Positions 51,209 through 63,766 of a stretch of 64,000 nt of DNA are shown here, one piece after another. How positions within the stretch are numbered: position 1 is the stretch's first letter; each line of letters begins with the position of its first letter. A program made the position numbers and the translations under genes. The notes beneath the pieces were generated by a model. It was not told the origin of the DNA, searched no databases, and worked only from the letters and a program-made list of their open reading frames with translations. The stretch is from Felis catus (Eukaryota): NCBI RefSeq assembly GCF_018350175.1, contig NC_058368.1, positions 190,900,001 to 190,964,000 of the forward strand, written 5' to 3'.

Positions 51209-51829
51209 ATGTACACTAATTTTATATGAAGAAATGCTTAATAAATCTAGTAGGCTGAGTGATCATGCTAATCATTTTGAGGGGAAATGGTGAGAAATTA
51301 AAGGCCTCCTCACGAACGTGTCTCACTCAGGTAGGATGTGGGCAAGTTCGGTGCCACCCTGGCCCCCCACATAGTACAATGTTTCCACATTCCATTTCCC
51401 TAAGTCACTTTAAAAAGGTGAATGTAATACACGAAGGTGAAACAAACATCCTATCAAGGTCCATTCTGAATGCCTGACTAAAAAATATTATCCAAATTCC
51501 AGACTGCCTTATTGAACTTTCCTCTCTTTAGGGAGCATAAAAATTGATCAGTTCTTGAAAATTCAAAGTAAAGGGACAAAGGTAATTTTCAGACTTTTCC
51601 TTCTGGCTGTCAGGTAGGAAATAACAAAAACAGCCCTAACTCACAGGTGTATTTTATCAAATTTTCCTCCTGTTAAGCAAGAAGAACAAAATAATCAACT
51701 TTTAAAAATGATTTGACAACAGGCCTGAATGTAGATGAGAAGTTGTTCGCCAAGTGTTTGGCATATGCATCCATAATTTCGGCAGCGTTCTCTCTGGGAG
51801 GCATTCCAAACACCTCTGGGACTGAAGAA

Positions 51830-52100
51830 TAATTGTATTAAATGTCTATGCTGGGCCAGGAACCATGCTAGGAGCTTTTTATACAATTTCTCGCATCTTA
51901 CAGTAGTGTGAGCTTTTTATACAATTTCTCGCATCTTACAATAGTCCAGTAGGCAGATATTGTTACTCTCACTTTCTAGGTTGATGAACAAAGATTCAGA
52001 GAGGATGAGCAACTCGCCCTAGGTCTCAAAGTACACAACAGGCAGAGTCAGGATCTGAGCCCAGTCTTGTCTGGCTCCAAAGCACCTTATTCTTTCCTCT
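51830..52100 (-). mobile_element. MIR with internal 36-bp duplication
   Basis: MIR core gatgaacaaagattcagagagg...ggcagagtcaggatctgagcccag; duplicate copies at 51872-51907 and 51910-51945. Confidence 0.85.
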
Positions 52101-52523
52101 GTAGAGAGATCTCCCTGCTTCATTTCTCAATGTGCCTTGGGGGATGATAATCTGAACCAGGATTTGACTAACTTGAGCCTACTTTCAACTCCCCAGTGCT
52201 CCATCTGACCCTTACTTCCCACCTCCCCCAGAGGGGCTGCCCACCTGCTTTTGCAGTTTACAAGGAGGGTGGGAAAGGAAATGACTCATGAGCTAATTTC
52301 TGCAAAGCAGATGGAACCTCTTGGAGGGAAAGGTTCTGTGCAGGGGCCAAGAAATAAATGGTGCGTCCTAAGGATCAGATGGTACATAAGCTGAAAATTC
52401 CATGAAAATCAACCTAGGAAATCACCAACAAGAGTTTACTAAGCTTTTAGTGTGTAACTGCTCAACATCCGTCTCGGCATTATAAAGGAAACACAGGCAA
52501 CAAAGAAAAATCCATCCAAAAAG

Positions 52524-52525
<2 letters not shown>

Positions 52526-52613
<88 letters not shown>
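52526..52613 (+). repeat. Compound microsatellite (GT)21(GA)23
   Basis: Perfect repeat, read directly. Confidence 0.97.
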
Positions 52614-52616
<3 letters not shown>

Positions 52617-52648
52617 GTATATACAATACTATTCTAAAATAACGTCAA

Positions 52649-52860
52649 GGGGTGCCTGGGTGGTTCAGTCAGTTAATACGACTTCAGTTCAGGTCATGAT
52701 CTCACGGTTCGTGGATTTGAGCCTCACATCAGGCTCTGTGCTGACAGTTCAGAGCCTGGATGGAATCTGCTTCAGATTCTATGTCTCCCCCTCTCTTTGC
52801 CTCTCCCCCAGTGGCACTCTGTTTCTCTCAAAAATAATAAATGTTAAAACTGGTCATTTA
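52649..52860 (+). mobile_element. Can-SINE
   Basis: ggggtgcctgggtggttcagtc...; TSD aaaataacgtcaa / aaaataatgtcaa. Confidence 0.94.
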
Positions 52861-53884
52861 AAAAATAATGTCAAATACTGTAAAATCATTTGCTAATGTA
52901 AGGCATTGATACACTAAATGTGACAAAGTTCGAACTAAACTGGCATGGTAAGGTCTAGATCCCTTCTTTTTATTCATGAAGTAAGACTTTATCCCATCCT
53001 GGGAGAACAAGAGGGACTGGTCAAGAGAGAAGGAGAGAAGATTGGGATTCCAGAAAGGAAGAGTAAGAAAAATAGCAGGACAGAGGCTGAGAAAAATGTG
53101 GCCCCTCATGTGGGTCAAGCAGGAGGATACTGGGAGGTACGACAGCAATGGCAGCTAAAAGGTCAGGGTGAGGCTGGGCTGTAGATGAACTTGACTGTCC
53201 ACCAAAGCTTTTAGGAGTTCATTCTTTAGGTTAAAGAGAACAGGGACTGATTTAATATCCTGCTGCTCCCATTTACTGAGTATGACCTCTGTACTAGGGC
53301 CTTGATATTTTTAATTCCTACACCACCTCTGCAGGGCGTCTGTGATATTTTGGTCTTTAACTTGAGGCAATTGAAACTCAAAGAGGTTCAGTAGTCAGAC
53401 GAAAGTTATCCAGCTAAGAAGTAGCAGAACGAGGATTTAACCTAAGGTCTGCCAACTCCAAAGCCTATACACTTGTTGTAACATCTTACTTTCTGAGCCC
53501 TCCCCACTGCACAGTAGTAAAACTGATCTAGTATTTGTGTGTGGGGTCTAGTATTTGCAGTAGATGGGGGATGGGGTGGAAGATGTATATAGCAAAAAGG
53601 ATTGAAAATGAAAAGACTACCTCTTGTTCTAGTAAAACAAAAAAACAAACAAACAAGAAAACCTAACCCCGAGGGTTGGGATAGTGTGCTGCAGATAAAA
53701 GGACTGCTTAGTACAAGAAGAGATAAGATTATCTACCACTCTGTTTGATGTTCACAATAACTCTTGGAGGTAGAAACTATTATGATTATTATCCATATTA
53801 CAGATGAGGAAGGCAAAGCTGAGACAAGTTTAGTGGTCAAAGGCCACATAAATCTTAAGAGGCTGGGCACAGACACAACACAAC

Positions 53885-54420
53885 TAATGTGTCTGCAGAA
53901 GGGGAGGAAGGAATAAAAACTGCAGTCAAGGTTCTAGTAGGGCCTGGAGATGCTGGGAGTGAGCAAATAAAGGCAATGAGCAACTCCAAGTTTAGGCTAT
54001 GGTCTGAAGCTCGGGAGACCAGAAGTGTGTTATCTTACAAAAAACAAAAACAAAGCGAAAAAACAAGGAGGAAGCCCTCAGTTGGACATAATGTCCAAAA
54101 ATGTTCATAGTTGCTTTCAAAGACAAGAATTTGACCAACGTAGTAAAAAATACCACAGGGACATCAAGAAGGAAAAAGGAATAAAGGCTATTGGATATAA
54201 ACAGTAGGTCATCGGTGACCCTCAAGACAACAATTCTGAAAAGACAGAGGAAGGAAGAATGGGGTTTGTAGTGGGTTAAGGGGTAAGGGAATCGGTGGGG
54301 AGTCAGTGGGGACTGAGAAGAAGGGCTTGTCTTGCAGTGCAGACAAACAGAAAAATAAGCATGGCTTCAGGACACAGAGCCAGAGTCAAAGAAAGGTCAT
54401 CTCTTTCTAAGGACAAAGGA
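53885..54420 (-). mobile_element. L2 internal remnants
   Basis: gaaggggaggaaggaataaaaa...ggctattggatataaacagtaggtcatcggtgaccctcaagacaacaatt...gtagtgggttaagggg. Confidence 0.6.
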
Positions 54421-55079
54421 ATCTCGAGTACATTTTAGGTAGTTTTTATTACGGTACTGTTTCATGTTTGTCTTTCTACTGCCAAGAGGGTATAAGCTCC
54501 TTTAATTGGGGAGAAATATACAGCAACAGTGACCAGGGAGGCAAGCAAGAGAAGGGCCATGGTCTCCTCTGCAACTCTGCAGAAACCAAGGCACAGAGAA
54601 GTACGGGACCTGCTTAAAATCACCGTGTGCAAGCAGTGCACCTGACCATGGAACTCTCAGCTTTAACCTGTACCTCTTCCCCAGACACAAAGGTCTTGAC
54701 CTTGGAAAGGAAGGGCACAGCTTCCTCTGTCATGGAAAAGGAGGAGAGAATGACTCAAAGCGAGAGATGCTTTGAGGATGTAAGGAGAAGGTGAACACAG
54801 AGGAGGAAGGGGAACCAAGAGGAACAAGAAGCATTGAGCAAATGAAAACCAAGTGTGGATTCCTGCTCGGGAAGCAGATGAGCTAAAAAGAAAAGCTTTC
54901 AAAGTTTGTCAGCTCGTAAGTCTGCTATGTGTAAGTCCACAGAATGCAGAGATGGCTGCATCAGGATGCTTTTACCAGATGCCTCTTAGCCCTTGTAAAA
55001 TGCTGAATTCAGGAAAGAATGTCAAGAAACATTCAGACTGAAAACTGAAAAGATAAAAGGGTTTGGGGGCAGTGATAAA

Positions 55080-55740
55080 CTTTTATTAAGTTGTGTACGG
55101 CTTTATAATGTCTCATTACATATTCAACAGTAACATAAAGGAGCATGTAAATGTTACCTTGTGCCCCTCCTCTCTCCCCACATCACCATCCCCGAGAGCT
55201 GGCCATTTATATTCCCCAAACCAAGCATTAAATGCCACCAGCCTCCGCTTCAAGGAAAAGATCTTTCTTCTCCACATGTGTTATATATGATGCCATAAGG
55301 CAGAAAGTTTGTGAAAATGAGCTTTGGGAGCGGAATATCTTAAAACCATTGCTCTGAATGCCCACAGTGGCGGATCGCGGACTTCATCCAATATTTATTA
55401 AATAAGCATATTAAACATCGATGATCCAATAAAACCCGTATTATGGAGCAAGAAGCAGACTTGCTCTCCTTCCTCCATTATTTCCCCTGCTCTGTGTGTG
55501 GCTTTTTCCTGCAATTTTCCTCTTCCCTTCTTTGAAACAAAAGCGGAAGGAAGGCAGGCCCTTCTAATGTGGCCATTAGTGATTGGCCTTACCATAGAAA
55601 ATTTAATTCTGAGTAGATGAGAATTTCTTTTAAATGTTTCTCTCCTTCGTACCTGTTTCCTCTTGCTATTTTTCCGACCGCTCATTTAATGAAGCTCAGG
55701 CGAGTCCCATATTTTATGAGGTGTATATTAAGATGGAGGG
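55080..55740. promoter_or_regulatory. Candidate conserved enhancer (posterior-HOX/CDX-type motifs)
   Basis: Repeat-free block that keeps several CpGs; CCAATAAAAC, TTTTATGA, CATCGATG and many TAAT/ATTA; conservation not tested. Confidence 0.45.
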
Positions 55741-55869
55741 GATGTGATCCTGATCTTCCTGAAGTTCAAAGACCAACTGGGGAGAAATATTTGAATCAAC
55801 AGTGACAGGAAGTCATGAGAGCTCCCCCACAGCCCAGGCATAAGCTCTGGGGACCCAGATGGCAGCATA

Positions 55870-56055
55870 GCATGGAGGCAAGGCAAAGGGCCTTGTCATG
55901 ATAAGCAGGGGTTTCGGGCAGGTAACTCCTAAACACCTGGCTTTTATCCTCTGTAAACATGAGGATAACGTCTGCCTCCTGAGCTGTTGTGAGCACTACG
56001 TAAGATAACTCCTACAAAGTGCTTGGCGCAGGGAGCGTATTCGGTACATGTTTGT
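55870..56055 (+). mobile_element. MIR
   Basis: tcgggcaggtaact...atcctctgtaaacatgaggataac...gttgtgag...aaagtgcttggcgcag. Confidence 0.75.
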
Positions 56056-56606
56056 GAAGAAGTCTGCTGCCCGGGGAGGTCAGGGAAGGGTGTGTGGAGG
56101 TGACATGTGATGGGCATCTTGAAGGAAAACTGCACAGATTGCAGGGAGGGGCTGTAGGAACGTTCGCTCCAGAACAGGCAACTGTATAGACCAAATCTGG
56201 AGGGGAAGGAAACCCCAGGGCACAGAAGAGCCGCCAGCAGGTGAGCAAAACTAGATCAGAAGCCCGCACAAGGACAGCAGTGGGGATGAGGCTGCAAGGG
56301 GCTGAGAGCACAGTGTACCAGAGATGGTCGATGTTTTCCTGCAGTTAATGAGAAGCTGTTGAAGGGTGTCTGTGCTAACGGCCCAGGAATTATAACAGGT
56401 TGCCTCAAGGAAGGACGCCACCACTGACAATCCCCTTCCCTGCTGTGTCCGAGGCCTGTGGCTCTCAGGTTATTTCTTGCCTTACACAGAACTCCTAACA
56501 AGCCAACCATGGTCTGAACACATTACAGTCATTCAATCTTTAATGCCACGGACCAGCTGCTGCTCAAATTATTTCTCTCTCTGAAAGAGGGATTTATGCC
56601 CAGAGG

Positions 56607-56654
56607 TCTTTTCTTTTTCATTCTTCTTCTTCTTCTTCTTTTTTTTTTTTCTTT
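56607..56654 (+). repeat. (TTC)n / poly(T) pyrimidine tract
   Basis: Read directly. Confidence 0.9.
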
Positions 56655-57319
56655 AGCAAAGATGGGGCCAAATACAGCAGGTGATATCTAAACACAGGAG
56701 CGGGTGAAGAATCAAAAGGTGAGTTGACTGACTTTATTAATAGGGAGTGCTGGTCCTTGACTTGTAAAATCAATCCATGCACGAGTGTGTGGGAGGACCG
56801 ACTGTGTATGGGGCATTTGGCTAGGCTCAGTGGGGACACGGGAGCTACACACTGGAGTCCTGCCCTCAGGCCCCTAGGTAGGAAGGCAAGACAAAAAGTG
56901 GAGAGCACCGAAGGACACAGGATTCAAAGCCACCTTGACAACAAAATCAAAGTCATTATTTGGGCACAGGTTCTAAGAACTCACTGCTAGGAAGAAGGGG
57001 ATGTCTCAGGGGCAGGACATCCCTATGAACCCTGGTGAAAAAGTTGACTTGAAGTGAGCCTTGGGAAAGGGGATACCTTCAGTGACGGAAGGGGGGCACA
57101 TTTCACTCTGATTCCTAGACTTGGTGATATAACTGTTCACAGTCAAGCCATAGAAGGCAGGCGAGAGCTGACTTGGACAGATCAACTTTTTGTTTTGCCA
57201 AAGAAAGAACCTTTTATTAAACATATAAAAACCTCTCCTTTACTACCACCATCATTTCAAAAAGGTGAGACTATTTTAACAAGCACAATGAAAAGAAAAC
57301 CAGCCCCAAATAAAGGGCA

Positions 57320-58191
57320 CCTAGTAATCATCCATGGCTGTGTTACCCATTACTACAAGTTTAGTGGCTGAAGTCAACACCCATTTATTATCTCACGATT
57401 CTCGAAGTTCAAAATCCAGGCACAGAACTGGGTTCACTTTCCAGGGTCTCACAAGTCTGGAACTAAGTTGGGCTGTGTCCCTTTCTGAAATTCAGATAAT
57501 TTTCAACTCAGGTGGTTGTGGGGGAATTCAGCATTTTGTAGCTATGGAATGGAGGTTACTGATGTCTTGCTTTCTAACTGCTGGGGACTACTCTCGGGTC
57601 TTGGAAGCTACGTTAGTTCTTTGCCATGTGGTCCCTTCCTGTACCCCCTCACACCTCCAGTCTCTGACCTCCATACTTCAATTTAAAGGTGCCTTTGAGG
57701 GGCGCTTGGGTGGCTCAGTTGGTTAAGCGTCCGACTTCAGCTCAGGTCATGATCTCATGATTCGTGGATTTGAGCCCCGCTTAGGGCTCTGTGATGACAG
57801 CTCAGAGCCTGAAGCCTGCTTTGGATTCTGTGTCTCCGTCTCTCTCTGCCCTCCCCTGTATTCATTCATTCATTCATTCATTCATTCATTCATTCTCTCT
57901 CTCTCTCTCTCCCCAAAATGAATAAACATTAAAAAAGATTAAGAAAATCAAGGTGCCCTTGAGAATGGGTCAGGCCCACCCAGATAATGTCCCTTTTGAT
58001 CAACTCAGAGCCAGATGATTAGCAACCCACCTTACCTCTGCAAATTCCCTTAGATGGTGGAACATAACACGTTTATAGAGGGGAGAGCTCATCATATACC
58101 ATAAGTTCTTCCCTCACTGAAACAGAGGAAATTACATAGGGCATGCATAGAGGGTGAAGATTTGGGGGGGTGTCTTGGATTTCTACCACCA
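57320..58191 (-). mobile_element. MLT1E-like LTR, interrupted by a SINE
   Basis: ttagtggctgaagtcaacacccatttattatctcac...tcaggcccacccagataat...gtcttggatttctaccacca. Confidence 0.85.
57699..57949 (+). mobile_element. Can-SINE with (TTCA)n expansion
   Basis: ggggcgcttgggtggctcagtt...; TSD aaggtgcctttga (57686-57698) / aaggtgcccttga (57950-57962). Confidence 0.96.
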
Positions 58192-58261
58192 TGCATTTTT
58201 TTTCCCAAAAAGGAAGCAGCACATATTTATATCAAGATATTATACAGGATATCTTTAAAAG

Positions 58262-58486
58262 TTCTTTTTTTTTTAAGCTGATTTATTTTTGAGTGGGAGA
58301 GAGAGTGCACGTGTGTGCAAGTGGGGGAAGGGCAGAGAAAGAGAGAAGGAAAGAGTGAATCCTAAGCAAGTTCTGCATTGTCAGAGCAGAGCCCAATGCA
58401 GGGCTTGATCTCAGGAACTGTGAGATCATGACCTGAGCCAAAATCAAGAGTTGGACGCTCAATCAACTGAGCCAGCCAGGCACCCC
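58262..58486 (-). mobile_element. Can-SINE, older
   Basis: TSD aggatatctttaaaa (58246-58260) / aggatatcttcaaaa (58487-58501). Confidence 0.95.
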
Positions 58487-59869
58487 AGGATATCTTCAAA
58501 AATTCTTAACTGAAGAAAAATAATCACAGTGTTGCATAGCTCCATTTTTACACATGCAAAAGAAAAATGTATAAAATCTAGCACTGCCCTCAGAGAGAGG
58601 ATGCAGATGGGAAAGCCCTTTCTTTGAGTTGGAAGCTGGAGAAATTGAGCTGCTCTGAATGACAGGGGGAGTGGCAGAGAAGGACAATGTGAGAGGAAAG
58701 AGGTAAAATTCAGGAGGGAGAAGTTAGAAAATAGACCTTGGGTGTACCAGGGGAGAAAGGCTGAGGAACAGGGGCAAACTCCAGTGTGATTTGGAGGGGA
58801 TTCATCCTGACTTAGTAGGGAAGATAGAGTTGATACAAACATCAAGGTCTTTGCTACAGAAGATGCCCTCACTCTGGCTCCCGTACGAAATCTTTAGTAA
58901 CATCTGAATTCCTCTCTAATGCTCTCTGTGTGACTGGAATTTCCCTGAAAAATGCAAAGAAGTGCTAAGTTCTGCATCAGAGAGGGATGGTGTGGAAAAA
59001 ACAGAGAACTCATATGAAGACAGCAACACTGCTTACGTGCACACATGTGCGCGCACACACACACACGGAAGGAAGCTGAAGGCAATAAAAGCAACATTCT
59101 TAATAGTATTTGTGCTTAATTTTGAATACTTTGGGAAAATGAGAGATGGCAGTACATCTTAAACTCTTCTCCTATAGGTGCCTTTCTATCTTCTCCCCGA
59201 AGATCTGGAAGAAAAAAAATTATCCACAGACCAGAAGTTTTAGCGCAAGGACTACAGCTGAACATCAATAGCTAGTGCTCAATCCCTACAGAGCAGGAAG
59301 GGATTTCATGGGAGTGACGCACTTGAGGATCATAGCTCTAGATATGGACTCAAAGACACAGGAGCCAGAAAGTCAAATCCAAGTCTTTTGCAGCCAAGTG
59401 AACATCCAGCAAAAGGCTTTGGAAACACACCTTCTTCTATCATGATGCATTTCCTTATGACCAGCTCCAAAGGGAGGTTGTTACAATCATTTCAGGGAGT
59501 CAGAAGATACAGAAAATTGTGGAGGTTAATGACCTGCCTGGGGCTGCCGCTCAATATGGGGCAAAGCTGAGCTGAGAACTCCCCAGTGCCTATGCCCCAG
59601 GCCTTTGCTCAACCTTAACAGAGTTAGAGTTCTCTAAAACCAGCAGCTTTTTCTCTGGAGCATGGTGATAGGATCATGCAAGACGGTACCAGGATGGAAC
59701 AACTGTGATTCACAGGGACACATTAGAGGCCACCTGACCTTGGGTTTAAAATCTTGTCTCGATTTCTTATACTGGAGGCAAAAAGGCAGCATTGTAGCTT
59801 TTCTTTACTGGGGGCAATGGACTGAAGAATGATCAGGGGAAAGCATGGTGAGGGGCTTACTTCCTTGAA

Positions 59870-60455
59870 CAAGTCAACATAGAATGACCATATAACCCAG
59901 TAATTCCACATCCAGGTATTTACTCAAAGGAACGTAAAGCAGGGGTCAGGAGAGAGATTTGTATACAAATGTTCACAGCAACGTTGTCTACAATAGTCAA
60001 TAGGTGGCGAGGACTCCTGTCTACTGAGGGATGAATGGATAAACTAAATATGGTAAATGCCCAACAGTGGAATATGATTCAGCCTTAAAAAGGATGCAAC
60101 TTTGGATGCATGCAAGGACATGGATAAACCTTGAAGACATTAGGCTCTGTGAAATAAGCCACTCACAAAAGGGCAAATACTGCATCATCCTACTTTATGC
60201 GAGGTTCCTAGAGTAGTCAAATTTACAGAGACAGAAAGTAGAATGGTGGTTTGCCAGAGGCTGGGAGAGGGAGAAATAGGGAGTTATTGTTAAATGGGAA
60301 TAGAGTTTCAGTTTGGGAGAATGGAAGAGTGCCGGAGATGGGTGGTGATGATGGTTGCACAAGAGTGCAAATCAACTTAATGCCACTTGGACATTGTACA
60401 ATTGGAATTGGGTTAAAATGGCACATTTTATGTTGTGTGTATTTTGCCACAATTT
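59870..60455 (+). mobile_element. L1MB-type 3' end
   Basis: aacatagaatgaccatataacccagtaattccac...acagagacagaaagtagaatggtggtttgccag...ttttatgttgtgtgtattttgccacaat. Confidence 0.93.
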
Positions 60456-60603
60456 TTTTAGAGGGAGAAAAGAAGACCATGACTGCTTATTCCTGTGTAC
60501 ATCTCCACTAACCATAAGGCCTGTGATGACAGGGGCCACAATGTTTTGCTTCTGATATTCCTAGTACCTTGCACAGGACCACATAAAGTAAGTTCTAGAT
60601 AAA

Positions 60604-60831
60604 TTTTTTTTTAAATTCCTTTTTAATGTTTGTTTGTTTGTTTGTTTATGAGAGATAGGGTGCAAGTGGGGGAAGAGCAGAGAGAGAGGAAGACACAGAA
60701 TCCAAAGCAGGCTCCAGACTCTGAGCTGTCAGCACAGCGCCCCACGTGGGGCTCGAACTCACGAATCAGGAGATCATGACCTGAGCTAACGTCGGATGCT
60801 TAACCTTAAGACTGAGCCACCCAGGCACCCC
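60604..60831 (-). mobile_element. Can-SINE, inserted in an L2 tail
   Basis: SINE body ending actgagccacccaggcacccc. Confidence 0.95.
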
Positions 60832-61184
60832 GATATTTGTTAAGTGAGTAAACCAACCCCGGCCACTCTTCTGGAGTGGCACCACCTGTGGCTTCCTCTG
60901 TCACAGTACCTTGCTTTGTGACAAGTCAGTCATGGTCTCTTAGCTCTATTTGTAGCTCACCCTCTCTAGACTAGGCAGCTCTCTGTAGCTGGACTAAAAG
61001 AGCTTTGCTCAGCTTTCCTGCCTTTTGGTCTATTGACCAATAAGAGAACAAGACTGGATAGGACAGACTCTACCGAATAGGACATCTACACTAGGAAGAA
61101 CTTCTAGCAATAGTGTACAAGACAACATCTTGTCATAGTCAAGCATTTTAATGAAACCCAATGGATTCCAGGGCTACCTGGTCA

Positions 61185-61330
61185 TCAGCAACAACTGGAG
61201 AGCTTATTGAAACTCCATATTCTCTGGTAGCACCCTTTCAATATCTGATTTAGTAGGTCTAGAATGGGCCCTGGGAATCTGAGTGTTTATTTGCTTAAGC
61301 TGCTGTGAAAATACATTTGGAAATCTCTGC
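61185..61330. mobile_element. MER5-family remnant
   Basis: tctgatttagtaggtctagaatgggccctgggaatctgagtgttt. Confidence 0.65.
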
Positions 61331-62207
61331 TCTAATTACTTCATGCGTATGTCTTGCTTCCCAAATGATAAGACCTTGCCCATGAGGGCAAGAAATATGC
61401 CTTCTACGTTTTGTGTGTCACCCAGAGCATCTAGGAAATTAATAAGTGCCAAGCTGCGTGATTAATAATATCCCTAAAAGCATAAAACTGCACCCAGGAC
61501 TGGGCTATCCTACAGTCACTGCTGTCCTTCCAAACACTTCCCTAAACCTAAAGACCCAGATGCAGCTCTTCATTCTAACACAGCAAAATATATAAATTGA
61601 AGTATCAATACACATAAATCTATTGCCTTTTGGAACAATACCAGCAAGAGTTGATTATTCCTTTAGGTCCTCATCTGTTCTTTCAAATACTTGGAATTCA
61701 GCAGACTTATGGATATCACATTTCAAGTCACAGGAGAGTCCAAGAGGCAAAAAGCTGCATGCTGTCAGGGCCAAGCAATGTGTGTTTAAACTAGAACAGC
61801 TGCAGATACAAAGCATCAGGGTTGCTTGAAACAATAATAAAGTCAACGATTTGAGTTATAAACAGTGCTTTCCCAGGCAATATAGCATTGTGATCAACCC
61901 CACTTTATAACTAGGAGGAGTAGGTGATTTTTTTTTATACTCCACCCAAAGAGTATGTCACTATTTTGGAATGAGGTCTAAATTCTACCAGCAGCAACAC
62001 GTTATTTGTGCTTTAGATTGTTTTCTGCCTACATGTCCTTTTTATAATGTGCATACATTAATTTATAATTCATTGACACGTAAGTATGAACTAGGTCAGC
62101 ATATCCTAAAGTTAGCCAGAGTTCTTGATTTAAGGAGCCCTTTAGTTGTATAGTTTGGGAATTGGTGAAAACTGTATCTTTTCTCCAAGAGTCAAAAATG
62201 CACTGTA

Positions 62208-62385
62208 CAGTGGTTCTGAAAATGTTGCCACTGGACGAAACATACCAACCTCGCTTGAAAACTTGGTAACAGTGCAAATTTTCAGGCCCATCCCCGGCCT
62301 AGGGAATCAGAAACTCTGGAGGTAGAGTCCCTGATCTGTTAAAACACAGGTGAGTCTGATGCTCAGTGAAGTTTGACAACCACTG
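62208..62385. mobile_element. MER5A
   Basis: TIRs cagtggttctgaaa / tttgacaaccactg; gaatcagaaactctgg core. Confidence 0.88.
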
Positions 62386-62977
62386 TATTAACACATTAAT
62401 GGTATAACAAGGCCTGAGGCAACGAAACCTGCTTATTTTAAGCAGCATTACTCAAAATATTTGCCTCCACACCTCTTTTTCACGTGACAGCTATCGATTT
62501 CCACGGAATCTGTGGTGGACAAGATATACATTAGAAACTGCTATGCAAGTCTATGGAAAAGCAAAATATATTCACTGCAAAACTGGCAACATAAAATGTT
62601 AAGAAAAAAAATATTTATTGTGTTATACTATGTGCCAGACCCCAGGAACACTGTGAGAGATTTGACACACGTGATCCCTTCCTCCCCAGGATATATGGAC
62701 TAGTAGCGAAGACAGATAAACAATGAACATATGGAAATATTATATATGAAGTGCACACTGTGCAGAACAATGTAAAACACATTAAGAGGGCCAATGGACG
62801 GTTCAGCATGACTTTGGTCATTAAAGTTGCTCTGCAAGCCATTCTCGTCATTCTCTTGTCCACACTGCCTAGGCCATGGTGACTAAGGCACCTGTCTACA
62901 GCAGGTATAATCAGACTACTTGTAGCATGTTCCAAGTATAAGGGCTTTAGAAAAGTCATGGTCATCAACAAGACTGG

Positions 62978-63343
62978 CACTATGGTCTGGATGTTTGTGT
63001 CCCCACCCCCTATATTCTTATGTTGAAATTCTAATTCCTAAAGGTGATGGTATTATAGTAAGTAAGGCTTCTGGGCAGAGCTGATATCATGAGGTTGGAG
63101 CCCTCATCAACGAGATTAGTGACCTATACAAGATTCCACAGAGATCCCTCACCCCTTCCACCATATGAGGGAAGTAGCAAAACTTTGGCAGTATGCATCC
63201 CAGAAGTTTTTTATCGGACACTGAATCGGTCAGCACCAAGATCCTGAACTTCCCAGCCTCTAGTACTGTGAGAAATAAACTTCTATTGTTTATAAGCCCT
63301 ACAAACTGTGGTATTCTGTTATAGCAACCCCAACAGACCACCA
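62978..63343 (+). mobile_element. MLT1A0-like solo LTR
   Basis: ctatggtctggatgtttgtgtcccc...aacttcccagcctctagtactgtgagaaataaacttctattgtttataagcc. Confidence 0.9.
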
Positions 63344-63649
63344 ATGCTGGCCAGCAAAGCTACAGCACACAGGCTCACAGACAGGCTTGTCGTCTTTTAG
63401 GCTGCTGTTTCTCACTGGGTCCTCTGAACCTCCAAAGTCACGCCTCTGGTTTGGTGGGCCTGCTGCTTAGAATGTAGCTGAGGTATGGGGGGAAACTGGT
63501 AAAAGACAGTGACATTGCAGTAGGCACTCAACAAATACCTGCCTTTTACAGTTCAGCAAACCCTCTGTGTCAAGCTTATCCTGATCTCTATATTAGTAAG
63601 GGGAGGCTAACTTAAATTAGTATCAAAAGCTCAAATGTAATAGAGGGGA

Positions 63650-63762
63650 AATATCCAATAGAACTTTCTGAATTCATGGACATTTTCTATGTGTTGTCTG
63701 ATAAGACAGCCACGCGGCTATCAAACATAGGAAATGTGGCTACTGTGACGAAGGACCTGGAG
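63650..63762. mobile_element. MER3-like MITE, continues after the SINE to the window end
   Basis: tccaatagaactttctg...gaaatgtggctactgtgacgaagga. Confidence 0.75.
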
Positions 63763-63766
63763 CTTG

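Noticed and set aside
57334..57726. 130-aa ORF
   Set aside because: Lies entirely within the MLT1 LTR and a SINE
58459..58872. 137-aa ORF, the longest in the window
   Set aside because: Low-complexity Leu/Ser/Phe product from the antisense of purine-rich DNA, ends in a SINE, no recognisable homology
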